64,000 bases of DNA from Alphaproteobacteria bacterium (GTDB lineage Bacteria; Pseudomonadota; Alphaproteobacteria; UBA2966). The translations under genes were made by a program, and so were the position numbers. Every line of letters begins with the position of its first letter. The first letter of the stretch is position 1. Below are positions 1-10,180 of this stretch, piece by piece. The notes beneath the pieces were generated by a model. The model made no database searches. It saw only the letters and a list, made by a program, of their open reading frames with translations, and was not told the DNA's origin. The stretch is from contig OZ219856.1 of NCBI GenBank assembly GCA_964291395.2, positions 352,001-416,000 on the forward strand, written 5' to 3'.

Positions 1-607
1 GCGGCATGAGTCCGAGGACGTTGCGGGCCTCGTTGTAGACGCCGGCGATGCCGTTGATCGATCCGTTCGGATTGGTCTCATCCTCGACGTGACCCTCCGG
101 CGTGCAATAGCGGAAGGCGACCCGCCCCTCGCTCTCGATGCGCGCCAGGGTATCCGCGTCCGAGAAGTAATTGCCGTCGTGGTGTGCCACCGGCACCCGG
201 ATCACTTGACCCGCCGCGTAGCGGCCGGTGAACGGCGTGTCCGCGCGCTCGACCTTCAGGTGGATATCCCGGCACACGAACTTGAGGTCCCGATTGGCCA
301 TCAGCACGCCGGGCAGGAGTCCCGCCTCGGTCAGGATCTGGAATCCGTTACAGATTCCCAGAACGGCGACGCCGGCCTCTGCGCGTGCCGACACCTCGCG
401 CAGGATCGGCGACCGCGCCGCCATGGCGCCGGAACGAAGATAATCGCCGTAGGAAAATCCGCCGGGCAGGACGATGAGATCGACATCGGGGAGTTCGACA
501 TCGCGATGCCAGACGATGTCGGGCCGTTGCCCACCAACGGCGATCAGCGCGTCGATGACGTCGACGTCGCGATTGGAGCCCGGAAATGTAACGACCGCCG
601 CTCTCAT
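1..607 (-). CDS. purQ: Phosphoribosylformylglycinamidine synthase subunit PurQ (3' end runs off the window)
   Basis: Manual translation from ATG 607: [14 protein letters not shown]...[15 protein letters not shown]...GICNGFQIL; follows purS. Confidence 0.95.
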   Translation of the reverse strand, partial: MRAAVVTFPGSNRDVDVIDALIAVGGQRPDIVWHRDVELPDVDLIVLPGGFSYGDYLRSGAMAARSPILREVSARAEAGVAVLGICNGFQILTEAGLLPGVLMANRDLKFVCRDIHLKVERADTPFTGRYAAGQVIRVPVAHHDGNYFSDADTLARIESEGRVAFRYCTPEGHVEDETNPNGSINGIAGVYNEARNVLGLMP

Positions 608-624
608 CCTTGCCGGAGCGCCGG

Positions 625-870
625 TTACGCCTCCTCCAGTTCGATCTGATAGTCCTCGATCACGGTGTTGGCCAGAAGCCGTGCGCACATGGACTCCACG
701 GCGGCGCGCGCCCGTTCGGCGTCCGATTCCGTGAGATCCAGTTCCAGGTACTTACCCTGCCGGACGTCGTCGATCCCATCGAATCCCAGCGATGTCAGGG
801 CGTTGCGGACAGCCCTGCCCTGCGGATCGAGGACGCCGGATTTCAGCGTGATATGGACCCGCGCCTTCAC
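625..870 (-). CDS. purS: FGAM synthase subunit PurS
   Basis: [18 protein letters not shown]...[10 protein letters not shown]. Confidence 0.97.
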   Translation of the reverse strand: MKARVHITLKSGVLDPQGRAVRNALTSLGFDGIDDVRQGKYLELDLTESDAERARAAVESMCARLLANTVIEDYQIELEEA

Positions 871-876
871 GCGCCG

Positions 877-1641
877 TTACTGCATCGCTTTCGGGCCCTG
901 CAGATCGCGCGGGCCGCTCTCCGGAAGGATTCCAAGCCTCTGGGCGACCTCTTGGTACGCCTCGGCCACGTCGCCCATATCGCGGCGGAACCGGTCCTTG
1001 TCGAGCTTCTTGCCCGTCTTCAGGTCCCAAAGCCGGCAGCTGTCCGGGCTGATCTCATCGGCGAGGATGATCCGCTCCTCGTCGTTAAAATAATAGCGGC
1101 CGAACTCGATCTTGAAGTCGACCAGACGGATGCCGATGCCGCGGAACAGGCCGCTGAGGAAATCGTTGATCCTCAACGTCATGGACATCATTTCGTCCAG
1201 TTCCTGGGGCGTCGCCCAGCCGAACGCGGTGATGTGCTCCTCGGAGACGATGGGGTCGTCCAACTCGTCCGACTTGTAGCACCACTCGACGATCGAGCGG
1301 GAGAGCTGTGAGCCCTCCGTGATCCCGAGCCGCTTGGCCATGGAACCTGCGGCGACGTTCCGCACGATCACCTCAAGGGGGATGATCTCCACTTCCTTTA
1401 CGAGTTGTTCCCGCATGTTCAGACGGCGCACGAAATGGGTCGGGATACCCATTTCGGCGAGACCGGTCATCAGGTACTCGGAGATGCGGTTGTTCAGCAC
1501 CCCCTTTCCGGTGATCGTGCCGGTCTTTTTCTTGTTGTACGCCGTGGCATCGTCCTTGAAATACTGGACGACGGTTCCTGGTTCGGGCCCTTCAAAAAGA
1601 ACCTTCGCCTTGCCTTCGTAGATTTGTCTGCGACGGCTCAT
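877..1641 (-). CDS. purC: SAICAR synthetase
   Basis: [43 protein letters not shown]. Confidence 0.98.
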   Translation of the reverse strand: MSRRRQIYEGKAKVLFEGPEPGTVVQYFKDDATAYNKKKTGTITGKGVLNNRISEYLMTGLAEMGIPTHFVRRLNMREQLVKEVEIIPLEVIVRNVAAGSMAKRLGITEGSQLSRSIVEWCYKSDELDDPIVSEEHITAFGWATPQELDEMMSMTLRINDFLSGLFRGIGIRLVDFKIEFGRYYFNDEERIILADEISPDSCRLWDLKTGKKLDKDRFRRDMGDVAEAYQEVAQRLGILPESGPRDLQGPKAMQ

Positions 1642-1794
1642 CCTCGAATCTCATGTGAGGCGCGGAGACATCACCGGGTGTCTTTAGGCTCGACCCGGAG
1701 GCACCCGCGCGGTGCTTCGGAAAGGTACCGATTGATATAAACGAATCGCGGGGCGTAAACAACGAGAAGGGTCAATCAGGCACCCGGCTTGCCA

Positions 1795-1818
1795 GATTCA
1801 CTTCTTGTGTGACACGAT
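1795..1818 (+). promoter_or_regulatory. Putative operator/promoter GATTCAC-N7-GTGAC upstream of the amidohydrolase
   Basis: Same motif and spacing recurs at 7247-7270 upstream of the paralogous remnant. Confidence 0.45.
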
Positions 1819-1838
1819 TTTCCGAGGGAGGAACGGCC

Positions 1839-3323
1839 ATGCGAACGATCATCCGCGGAGGGTGGGTCGTTGGGTTCGAGAACGATCATCACACGTTGGT
1901 CCCCAACGGCGTCGTCGTCTTCGAGGGCGACAGAATTCTTCACGTGGGACGGGAGTTCGAGGGAACCTGCGACCGCGAGATTGACGCCACCGGTAAGCTG
2001 ATCTGCCCCGGCTTCATCGATACGCACGTTCATTCGGGGCACCGCGCCACCCATCGTCTGATATCGGATGCCGGCCGTCCGGAATTCTTCGGCCAGCCCT
2101 TCCTAGAGTTCACAATTCCGAAGGAAGGCACAAAGGTCAGGGGAGACAAGCGATTCCACGACCCCGATCCCGACGACATAGACGACTCGGATTACTTTTT
2201 CGCATTGTTTACCGTCGCGGAATTGCTGCGTAACGGCACCACGACATATCTGGAGATCGCCGGGCAGGTCAGAATTCAGGAGCAGCTCGCCCGGGCGACT
2301 GAAGAACTCGGAATCAGGGCTTATCTGGGTACCGGATACCATTCCGGGCGTTGGGTTGGCGGTGATGGTGGACATCTAAAACGGGTAATCGATGAACCCG
2401 CCGGTATGAAGCTGTTCGAGATTGCCAAGGACTACATTCGGAAAATTGAAGGCACCTGCGATGGCCGAATCCGAGGGCTGCTATGCCCCGAGTCAGCCGA
2501 TATCTGCAGCTTCGAGATGATCCGCGACACACGAAAGGCCTCGGATGAGCTCGGAGTACCCATCCAAATTCATGCTTCTTACAGCGTCCTGGAGTTTACT
2601 CAGATTGTCCATGAGCATGGGCTGACGCCGATCGAATTCCTGGAGAAGGCAGGTGTCCTCGGCCCGGGCACGTCCATCGGTCACGGCAACTTCATCGGCG
2701 AGAACCGGCTGATGAACTATTCGGCCGGGCGTGACCTCGAGATTCTGGCGGAGACCGGAACGTCGGTCGCCCATTGCCCGGTCAACCTGGTACGGCGCGC
2801 GCGCTATCTGGAATGGGACCGTTTCCAGAAAGCCGGGATCAATATCGCGCTGGGAACTGATACGTATCCCCGCGACATGATCATGCAGATGCGGATGGCG
2901 TCGTATTTCGGCAAAGTCATCAGTGGCAGTTTTCTGGCCGGTACGGCGGCCGAGGCGTTCGAGGCGGCGACGCTCGGCGGGGCGCGGGCAATTCAACGCG
3001 ATGATTTGGGCCGGCTGGCGCCGGGCGCCAAGGCGGACATCCTCATCATCGACACGATGGGGCACAACAACCTTCGCTGGGGTCCGATCAAGGACCCCAT
3101 CAAGAGCCTGGTCGAATGCGGGATTTCAGATGACGTCGAGACGGTCTTCGTGGACGGGATCGCCCGAATGGAAGACCGCAAGATCGATGGCGTCGACATG
3201 TCGGAAATTACGCAACGTGCCCAGTCCGTTGCCGAAGACATATGGGACAATCTGCAGGAGTGGGATCCCCTCGGCCGTACGGCGGAGCAGATGTGTCCGT
3301 GGTCATTTCCAATAGCGGAGTGA
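1839..3323 (+). CDS. Amidohydrolase family protein (AtzA/MTA-SAH deaminase/chlorohydrolase-like)
   Basis: PGFIDTHVH metal motif, HCP, GTD, GRLAPGAKAD; GGAGG RBS before ATG 1839. Confidence 0.88.
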   Translation: MRTIIRGGWVVGFENDHHTLVPNGVVVFEGDRILHVGREFEGTCDREIDATGKLICPGFIDTHVHSGHRATHRLISDAGRPEFFGQPFLEFTIPKEGTKVRGDKRFHDPDPDDIDDSDYFFALFTVAELLRNGTTTYLEIAGQVRIQEQLARATEELGIRAYLGTGYHSGRWVGGDGGHLKRVIDEPAGMKLFEIAKDYIRKIEGTCDGRIRGLLCPESADICSFEMIRDTRKASDELGVPIQIHASYSVLEFTQIVHEHGLTPIEFLEKAGVLGPGTSIGHGNFIGENRLMNYSAGRDLEILAETGTSVAHCPVNLVRRARYLEWDRFQKAGINIALGTDTYPRDMIMQMRMASYFGKVISGSFLAGTAAEAFEAATLGGARAIQRDDLGRLAPGAKADILIIDTMGHNNLRWGPIKDPIKSLVECGISDDVETVFVDGIARMEDRKIDGVDMSEITQRAQSVAEDIWDNLQEWDPLGRTAEQMCPWSFPIAE

Positions 3324-3390
3324 GTGGTACCAAGGCGAAGAACATCTGTTCGTTCGACTCATCGGAGGCCGACAACAAGGAGGACTTGCC

Positions 3391-4398
3391 GTGAGACATT
3401 TCATTACGCGAATTGGTATCTCAGCGTTACTCGTTCTGGGCGTGGTTGGCCTATCCGCATCCACGAGCAGCGCGGCCCTTAAGGATCCGGTTCACCTGCG
3501 GATCGCCACGGCCGGAATCGGCGGCGGCTGGTACATCTACGGCGCCACGTTCGCTTCGGTGATGCGCAAGGCGCTCCCCAAGGGATCTACCATCGATGTG
3601 CTGCCCATCGCGGGCTCGGTTGGCAATCCGAAACTCGTCAACAAGGGCGATGCGGAATTCGGTCTTGCCCAGACCGTGACGGGCTACTGGGCAACCAATG
3701 GGATCGAAACCTATGACGCGCCCTTGGACAACGTCAGGGCCATCGCCGGCGGTTTCGACGAACTTTGGATGGCCTTCATCGTCGACAAGAAAAGCGGCCT
3801 CATGTCGATAGACGAGGTCAAGGAGAAGAAATATCCGCTACGACTCCTGACGGCGCAGCGCGGCGGCACGGGCGAGCTCGTGACGCGGATGATCCTGGAC
3901 GCCTACGGCATGAGCTACGGCAGTCTGGAGGAAGCTGGCGGGTCGGCAAAGCCCGTGCCGCGGCCCTCGGTGCCCGGCATCATCCGCGAAGGCAAAGCCG
4001 ATGCCTACAGCCATAGCATCATGGTCGGCCATCCGACGGTCGTAGAGCTTTCCACCAACGTCGACGTTCGGTTCCTGCCGCTCAAGAACGACGTGATCGA
4101 CAAGCTCTCCAAGACCGGCCTGGCTCCTGTCACCATTCCTGCCGGGACATTCAAGGGACTGGACAAGGACGTGCCTAGTGTGGGCTCACCGACGATCCTC
4201 ATCGTGCGGGCCGACTTGGACGAAGAGGTGGTCTACACGGTCACCAAGGCGCTGTTGGAGAACAAGGCGGCGCTGGACAAGGGCCATGCCGGCCTCAAGC
4301 CGTTCGATCCCGAAACCGCTTGGAAGCAGGAAAAGCTTAGCGTACCACTGCATCCCGGCGCGGCTCGGTACTACAAGGAGCGAGGCTGGATGAAGTAG
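3391..4398 (+). CDS. TAXI-family TRAP transporter solute-binding protein
   Basis: Signal peptide, ATAGIGGGWY, GSVGN, C-terminal PLHPGAARYYKE. Confidence 0.93.
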   Translation: MRHFITRIGISALLVLGVVGLSASTSSAALKDPVHLRIATAGIGGGWYIYGATFASVMRKALPKGSTIDVLPIAGSVGNPKLVNKGDAEFGLAQTVTGYWATNGIETYDAPLDNVRAIAGGFDELWMAFIVDKKSGLMSIDEVKEKKYPLRLLTAQRGGTGELVTRMILDAYGMSYGSLEEAGGSAKPVPRPSVPGIIREGKADAYSHSIMVGHPTVVELSTNVDVRFLPLKNDVIDKLSKTGLAPVTIPAGTFKGLDKDVPSVGSPTILIVRADLDEEVVYTVTKALLENKAALDKGHAGLKPFDPETAWKQEKLSVPLHPGAARYYKERGWMK

Positions 4399-4523
4399 AG
4401 AGGTCTATGGGCTGATCCGGATTTCCGGAGATACCGCGCGGCTTGTCGCCAAAATTCCGGGTATGCCCGAAACGCGTGTGTTCACGCCTTACCGCTAGTC
4501 CACTTGGGCCCAGTGGTAGAGGC

Positions 4524-4712
4524 GTGAGCGCCCACAAAGGATGCTTGGTACCAGCGGCCTGGGTGTCCGCATTTGCGGCCACCCAGGCCGTTTTCAAATC
4601 TAGGCCGCCTGAGATGTGCCCTAGCGCTACTGCCCCTATAGCCGTCGGGGCCTTTTCCCTGTCGCAACACACACGACTGATCGAGCGAACCGCCTACCCG
4701 GTCGAGGTCCGC
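4524..4712 (+). pseudogene. Degenerate 5' remnant of a TRAP fused permease (paralog of 7412-9334)
   Basis: Encodes SAHK..LVPAAWVSAFA and LSQHTRLIERTAY matching the N-terminus of 7412-9334, with an internal deletion. Confidence 0.85.
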
Positions 4713-4880
4713 TTCTAAGATGTGAAAACCGGGCCGCTCGGCAAAGGGCAGCATCTCTGTATTCAACCGGCTGAGATGGTCCAGGCTCCCTTCCTTCCGT
4801 TGCAGAAAGTGTCTTCCCAGCCGTGGCACGATAACTCTTGCGCGGGACTGAATTCCAACCCTCAGGAGGCCAGACCAGAT

Positions 4881-5324
4881 ATGGAACAGATGCCCTTCAT
4901 CACCCTTGCCCAATGTCAGGCCGCCATGGCTGCTATGCTCGAGGAAGCACAGAAAAAGCCCGAGCTTCCCGTTGCCATGGCCATCGTCGACAACCACGGC
5001 ATGCTCATCAACTACCAGGAGATGGATCGGCTTCGGCTGTTCACACGCCGACACGCCATCCGCAAGGCCTACACGGCAGCGATCACGGGCATGAACAGCG
5101 CTCGTTTCGCTGAAATCAACAGGGCGCGCGACCTCGGGATCCGCGAATTAGGCGGCGACCTCCAGCTAACGCCCGGCATTGGCGGTGTGGTCGTCCGCTC
5201 GAGCATCCACGACCAGGACGACTTCCACACCAATGTCATGGGCGGCATCGGCGTTGGCGGCTATTTTTCCGGCGAGGAGGATGAAGAGTTGGCCACGATC
5301 GGACTCAAGGCCATGAACGTCTAG
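4881..5324 (+). CDS. GlcG/HbpS family heme-binding protein
   Basis: PVAMAIVDNHG, AIRKAYTA, GGIGVGG...EDEELA; AGGAGG RBS. Confidence 0.85.
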   Translation: MEQMPFITLAQCQAAMAAMLEEAQKKPELPVAMAIVDNHGMLINYQEMDRLRLFTRRHAIRKAYTAAITGMNSARFAEINRARDLGIRELGGDLQLTPGIGGVVVRSSIHDQDDFHTNVMGGIGVGGYFSGEEDEELATIGLKAMNV

Positions 5325-5434
5325 CTAGCCGCAGGTCTGATCAAATGATTGATCCCGGGAAATCGACTGATGCGAAATAACTGATTCCGCACTGTTTGAA
5401 ATCTCTCGCGCGCCGGCGAAACAATGCGAATCAC

Positions 5435-6739
5435 TCAGTATTGATCCGGAGCAGACATCTGACCACGTGGATGGCCGAATCTTTCGACCAGGACCTCCTC
5501 TAGAGGGAGGCCGTCCGCGGCGTAATGACTTCCCGGGCGCCTGTGGTAGGCGTCGGCGAGCCGCGCCGCCGCTGGATCTTGGCCCTCCGCCAGGGCCCGG
5601 GCGGCATCCACAAGCGTACGCCGGAACTTGACCACCGCGGCATCGGTCGCAGTGAGATTCTCGGCCGTGCGGTCTGCGATGAAGCCCTGGCTCTGCTGGA
5701 CCATCAGGTCCTGCTCTGCCAAACCCTTCACCCCGGTGAAGGTTTGGTTCTTTTGCACAAGTCGGTCGATCTGGAAGTCGTTCGACCGGTTGCGTACCGG
5801 CACGTAGCCCGGGCCGCGTTCGGCGATGATGGCGTGACCCTTGTCCAGCTTGGCGCGCTCCTCCGGTCCAATATCGCGCTCCGTGTTCCAGGCATAGGCG
5901 AAGATCCAGCAGGCGCGGTCGGTGATCGGCGCGACGGTAAAGCCGAAGTAGGTCTCGCCGGGCAATGCCGAAGGCCCGGTGCCGTGGGCGGGCAGCATGA
6001 ACTGCGTCGTCCGCCAGTAGGTGCCCTCTTCTTCGGCATCGCGCGCCCAGCCGACGACGAAGCCGGTGTCGTGGTCCAAGATGTGGATCTTCGGGATTGG
6101 ATTCTTGCGGATCACCTGCAAACGTTGGATGTCGGCCGGCGCATACGGATTGTCCGGGGAGGTAACCGACGGCGCCGGCATGTGCAGGAACGAGAAATGG
6201 CAGGCGTCGAGATCGCCTTCAATGACCTGGGCCCAGTTGCACTCTGCGAGCTGTTTGGTGACGAAGCGCCGTTTCGGCGGCATCAACCCGAATTCCAGTT
6301 TGGGCACCTCGGGGATGTCTTCCGGGGGGCCGAGCCAGGCCCAGACGATCTCGCCGTATTCGCACGTCGGATATGAGGTCACCCGAACATTGTCGTGAAG
6401 GGGCACACCCGGCTCCACGTTGGGCAAGTCGACCGCCTTGCCGGAGGCGTCGAATTTCCAGCCATGGTAAACGCAGCGCAGGCCGCATTCCTCGTTGCGC
6501 CCGAAAAACAGATCGGCTCCCCGGTGCGGGCATCGCCGGTCGATCAGGCCGATACGGCCCTCCGTGTCGCGGAAGGCAACCAGCTCCTCGCCCATGATGG
6601 TCACCCGCACGGGCGATCCATCGGGCTCGGCCAACTCCTCCGATAAGGCCACGGGCTGCCAGAAACGCCGGAAATAGGCGCCCATCGGCGTACCCGCATC
6701 CGTTTGCGTCAGCAGGTCATTGTCTTCCGCCGAAAGCAT
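5435..6739 (-). CDS. Rieske non-heme iron oxygenase, phthalate 4,5-dioxygenase/LigX-like
   Basis: CPHRG...CVYHGWKFD Rieske motif, EGDLDACHFSFLH iron site; start at MLSAEDN. Confidence 0.92.
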   Translation of the reverse strand: MLSAEDNDLLTQTDAGTPMGAYFRRFWQPVALSEELAEPDGSPVRVTIMGEELVAFRDTEGRIGLIDRRCPHRGADLFFGRNEECGLRCVYHGWKFDASGKAVDLPNVEPGVPLHDNVRVTSYPTCEYGEIVWAWLGPPEDIPEVPKLEFGLMPPKRRFVTKQLAECNWAQVIEGDLDACHFSFLHMPAPSVTSPDNPYAPADIQRLQVIRKNPIPKIHILDHDTGFVVGWARDAEEEGTYWRTTQFMLPAHGTGPSALPGETYFGFTVAPITDRACWIFAYAWNTERDIGPEERAKLDKGHAIIAERGPGYVPVRNRSNDFQIDRLVQKNQTFTGVKGLAEQDLMVQQSQGFIADRTAENLTATDAAVVKFRRTLVDAARALAEGQDPAAARLADAYHRRPGSHYAADGLPLEEVLVERFGHPRGQMSAPDQY

Positions 6740-6821
6740 GGCGCCTCCTTGCCGTTGGGCGACACCGACCTCCACAGTATGACAAGAGTATTGAGACGAA
6801 GCCAAATGGGTTGGCCCGCCT

Positions 6822-7177
6822 TGTCGGTAACACGGGACATGTCCGGTCCATGTACCAGATGATCCGTCCGGTTTTGGCAGGCCTCCAAGCCACGGAGGGT
6901 TTGGAGGCGTCGGACGGCGCCGGCACCCCGCCCAACCCGGCGGACGAAGCGGGACAAGCCGAGACTAGGCGAGACTAGGCGAGACGAGACCGCGGCGCGG
7001 CTGTTGAGCCAAGCCGAGGCGGAGGAGATACCGGGGGTCCCGGAGCGCACCTTCCGGCGCCGGCGCGCACCGGCGCAAGCGCCGCCGCCGCGCGCTGCCC
7101 TCTTCCACGGCCCGACCACAACACAAGCGGTCAACTCATAGGGTGCATAAACCGGTCAGTTCAAAATGTTCTCGACA
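6822..7177 (+). mobile_element. Internally deleted IS (IS1202/IS481-like) with 17-bp target duplication
   Basis: TGT...ACA ends (TGTCGGTAACA / rc TGTCGAGAACA), exact flanking repeat AATGGGTTGGCCCGCCT at 6805-6821 and 7178-7194, relic HTH LSQAEAEEIPGVPERTFRR. Confidence 0.8.
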
Positions 7178-7294
7178 AATGGGTTGGCCCGCCTTCCCCG
7201 AACTGAGTCGGTCGAACAATTCAGAGTTTGGCCGCTTGACTTCCCGGATTCACTCCAAATGTGACATGATTTCATGTGGGGAGGCGCATCGACC

Positions 7295-7384
7295 ATGCGT
7301 ACGCTGATTTGCGGGGGCTGGGTGGTTGGCTTCGACAAGGATCACCACACCCTAGTCACATCTCGGACTGGTAGTGGAGGCTGA
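7295..7384 (+). pseudogene. 5' remnant of an amidohydrolase (paralog of 1839-3323)
   Basis: MRTLICGGWVVGFDKDHHTLV vs MRTIIRGGWVVGFENDHHTLV, then frameshift and stop; upstream region also conserved. Confidence 0.88.
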
Positions 7385-7411
7385 CATTAGGTCTCCGGTT
7401 GGTGGTTGGCT

Positions 7412-9334
7412 ATGAGCGACCACAAGCGAGACTTGATGCCGGCGGCGTGGGTGTCCGCGTTTGCGGTCGCCTGGGCCGTCTTCCAGATCTGGGTCGCGTT
7501 TTTCGGCCCGGTCGATAATCTGATCCTGCGGCCGGTCCACGTGTTCTGGGCCGCGGCGCTCACGTTCCTGCTGCGCCCCGGCTTCCGCAAGACTCCGAAC
7601 CCGAGGATCGGCTGGGATGACGTCGCCCTGGCGCTGTTGTCGGTCGCCGTCGGCGTCTACATCCTGTCGCAGCACACGCGACTGATTGAGCGGACCGCCT
7701 ATGTGGACTCGGTCGAGCTGGCCGATTACATCGTCGGTATCGTGGCCGTTCTGCTGGTCCTGGAGGGCTCGCGCCGTCTCGTCGGCATCAGTCTGTCGCT
7801 CGTCGCCGTAGGCTTCATAATTTACGCCTTCGCCGGACAATACATGCCCGGGATCTTCGCGCACCGCGGCATTACGCTCGACCATTTCATCGAACTGGAA
7901 ATCCTTTCGAACCCGCCGGACGGCCTGTTCGGCATGATCACCGGTGTGTCCGCCGAGATGGTGTTCTATTTCATCATGTTCGGGGCTTTCCTGGACCGCT
8001 CCGGCGGAGGACGTTTGTTCACGGACTTCGCCTACGCCATTACCGGCCGCGCGCGTGGTGGTCCCGCCAAGGCAGCGATCGTCAGCAGCTCCCTGTTCGG
8101 TACCATATCCGGCAGCGCCGTCGGAAACGTTCTCATCACGGGAACGTTCACGATTCCGCTGATGAAGCGGACCGGGTTTCCCGGCCACGTCGCAGGTGCC
8201 ATCGAGGCGGTGGCGTCGACGGGCGGCCAGCTCATGCCTCCCGTCATGGGAGCGGCGGCGTTCATCATGGCCCAGGTGATGGGCGCCCCCTACAAGGATG
8301 TCGTCGTGGCAGCCGCACTGCCGGCCGTCCTGTTCTACATTTCGCTCTTCATCAGCGTCGACCGGGAATCCCGCAAGCGGGGGATGAAAGGTGATCCTCA
8401 AGCCGCGAGCCCCGAGATCTGGAAGGGAATTCTCAAACGCCTCCACTTGATCATCCCCTTGGGTTATCTGGTGTACCTGATCTTCAGCGGCTATTCCCTC
8501 GGAACGGTTGGCATCAGGGCCACCGTGGCGGTGGCCATCGTTAGTCTGCTCAGTGCGGCGACCAGAATGGGGCCGAAGGACTGGTGGCAGGCGTTGGAAA
8601 CAACCGCCAAACAATCGATCGTCATTGCCGTGCCATCGGCCGTTGCCGGCAGCGTCGTCGGGCTGATCGTGTTCACGGGCCTCGGGCTCAAACTGACTAC
8701 TTTGCTGGTTGATTGGTCGGCCACGTCGCTATTGATCGCGCTGCTCTTCGTCGCTATCGCATGCCTCATCATGGGTATGGGAATGCCGACGGCAGCGGCC
8801 TATCTCATGGTCGCGGTGCTTATGGCGCCGGCGCTGATCGAACTCGGTATTTCAACCATGGCGGCACATATGTTCGTTTTTTATTTCGCCATCCTTTCGA
8901 TGGTGACGCCGCCCGTGGGTATGGCCGCCTATGCCGCTGGAGGGGTTGCCAAAGCCAATCTTTGGAGCACGGGCCTGACCGGATTCCGTCTGAGCCTAGT
9001 CGCCTTCATCGTGCCCTTTGCCTTCGTCACCAACGAGGCTCTGTTGTTCAACGGGACCTGGGGCGAAATCCTGTGGGTCACAGTCAGTGCCGGGCTCGGA
9101 ACACTCGGACTGGCCGGTGTCGTCACCGGGTACTGGCGGCGCGGACTCAAGTGGTTCGAACGCATTCTGCTCGGAGTAGCGGCCGTTCTCCTGATCTCAC
9201 CGGAGTTGCGTAGCGACGCGATCGGGCTGGTCATCTTGATCGGTGTGTGGGGTCTTCAGTACCTGTTGGCCGGACCACCCACATTGGCGGCGGAGTCGAT
9301 GACGACGGGCAGCACCGACGAGGACTCGCGCTAA
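7412..9334 (+). CDS. TRAP transporter fused permease (4TM/12TM, TAXI-type)
   Basis: GGPAKAAIVSSSLFGTISGSAVGN, ASTGGQLMPPVMGAAAF, GMGMPT, TPPV. Confidence 0.95.
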   Translation: MSDHKRDLMPAAWVSAFAVAWAVFQIWVAFFGPVDNLILRPVHVFWAAALTFLLRPGFRKTPNPRIGWDDVALALLSVAVGVYILSQHTRLIERTAYVDSVELADYIVGIVAVLLVLEGSRRLVGISLSLVAVGFIIYAFAGQYMPGIFAHRGITLDHFIELEILSNPPDGLFGMITGVSAEMVFYFIMFGAFLDRSGGGRLFTDFAYAITGRARGGPAKAAIVSSSLFGTISGSAVGNVLITGTFTIPLMKRTGFPGHVAGAIEAVASTGGQLMPPVMGAAAFIMAQVMGAPYKDVVVAAALPAVLFYISLFISVDRESRKRGMKGDPQAASPEIWKGILKRLHLIIPLGYLVYLIFSGYSLGTVGIRATVAVAIVSLLSAATRMGPKDWWQALETTAKQSIVIAVPSAVAGSVVGLIVFTGLGLKLTTLLVDWSATSLLIALLFVAIACLIMGMGMPTAAAYLMVAVLMAPALIELGISTMAAHMFVFYFAILSMVTPPVGMAAYAAGGVAKANLWSTGLTGFRLSLVAFIVPFAFVTNEALLFNGTWGEILWVTVSAGLGTLGLAGVVTGYWRRGLKWFERILLGVAAVLLISPELRSDAIGLVILIGVWGLQYLLAGPPTLAAESMTTGSTDEDSR

Positions 9335-9400
9335 CTCACCGTTATGAGGCCGAGGACTCCGGGCGTTTCCGTCGCTACAAGCCGATGGATGCCGTCGGCA

Positions 9401-10165
9401 TCAGTCGTGGATATAGGCGTACTTGTCGACCGTTCCGCGTTCTTCGTGCCAGGCGATGACCTCGATGGAGTGCCCCGTGCCCTCCAATTCCGTGAGAGTG
9501 TAGAGCAATGGCCCCACCATGTGATCGGGCGTCCAGCATCGGGCGCCCACGAAGTATTCCTTGGGCGACTTGGCTTGGAAGTTGGTCACGGCGAGTGCGG
9601 GACATATGGCGTTCACTCGAATACCATGCTCCTTCATCATCACGGAGAGGGTCCAATTCATCCCCTCCACCGCGAATTTGGTCGTCGTGTACGGGATGCT
9701 GCGCAAGTGCGTGAAGCCGACGCGTGCGGTCATCGATGAAATGTTGACGATGTGCCCCGCCCCTTGCGCGATCATGTGGGGCAGCACGCTTCGGCAGCAG
9801 TAGAAGACGCCGTTGATGTTGACATTGACGACCTCATCCCAATCGGGCGTCTCGATGTCGACGAAGTCACAGCTTGGACCCGAAATCCCGGCATTGTTGA
9901 CGAGGATGTCGATGCGGCCGAATCGGTCGACGGTCTCGTCCATCAAGGACTGAACCTGGGTCTCGTCGGTCACGTCGGTTTCGAGCGCAACGGCCTCCCC
10001 GCCGCCGGCGTTGATTTCTTCGGCGACGCGCTCCGCTTCGGGAAGCAGGATGTCGGCGACGACGACGACGGCACCTTCCTTGGCCACGGCCTTGGACATG
10101 TACTCACCGAATCCCATGCCCCCGCCCGTCATGATGAGAACCTGTTTCGAGAGTTTTCCCGCCAT
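9401..10165 (-). CDS. Short-chain dehydrogenase/reductase
   Basis: TGGGMGFG, NNAG, YTTTK. Confidence 0.92.
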   Translation of the reverse strand: MAGKLSKQVLIMTGGGMGFGEYMSKAVAKEGAVVVVADILLPEAERVAEEINAGGGEAVALETDVTDETQVQSLMDETVDRFGRIDILVNNAGISGPSCDFVDIETPDWDEVVNVNINGVFYCCRSVLPHMIAQGAGHIVNISSMTARVGFTHLRSIPYTTTKFAVEGMNWTLSVMMKEHGIRVNAICPALAVTNFQAKSPKEYFVGARCWTPDHMVGPLLYTLTELEGTGHSIEVIAWHEERGTVDKYAYIHD

Positions 10166-10180
10166 CGGTTCCCTCCTCCC

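Noticed and set aside
4824-4841. Sigma54 promoter TGGCACG...TTGC
   Set aside because: Spacing is 3 bp longer than the strict -24/-12 requirement
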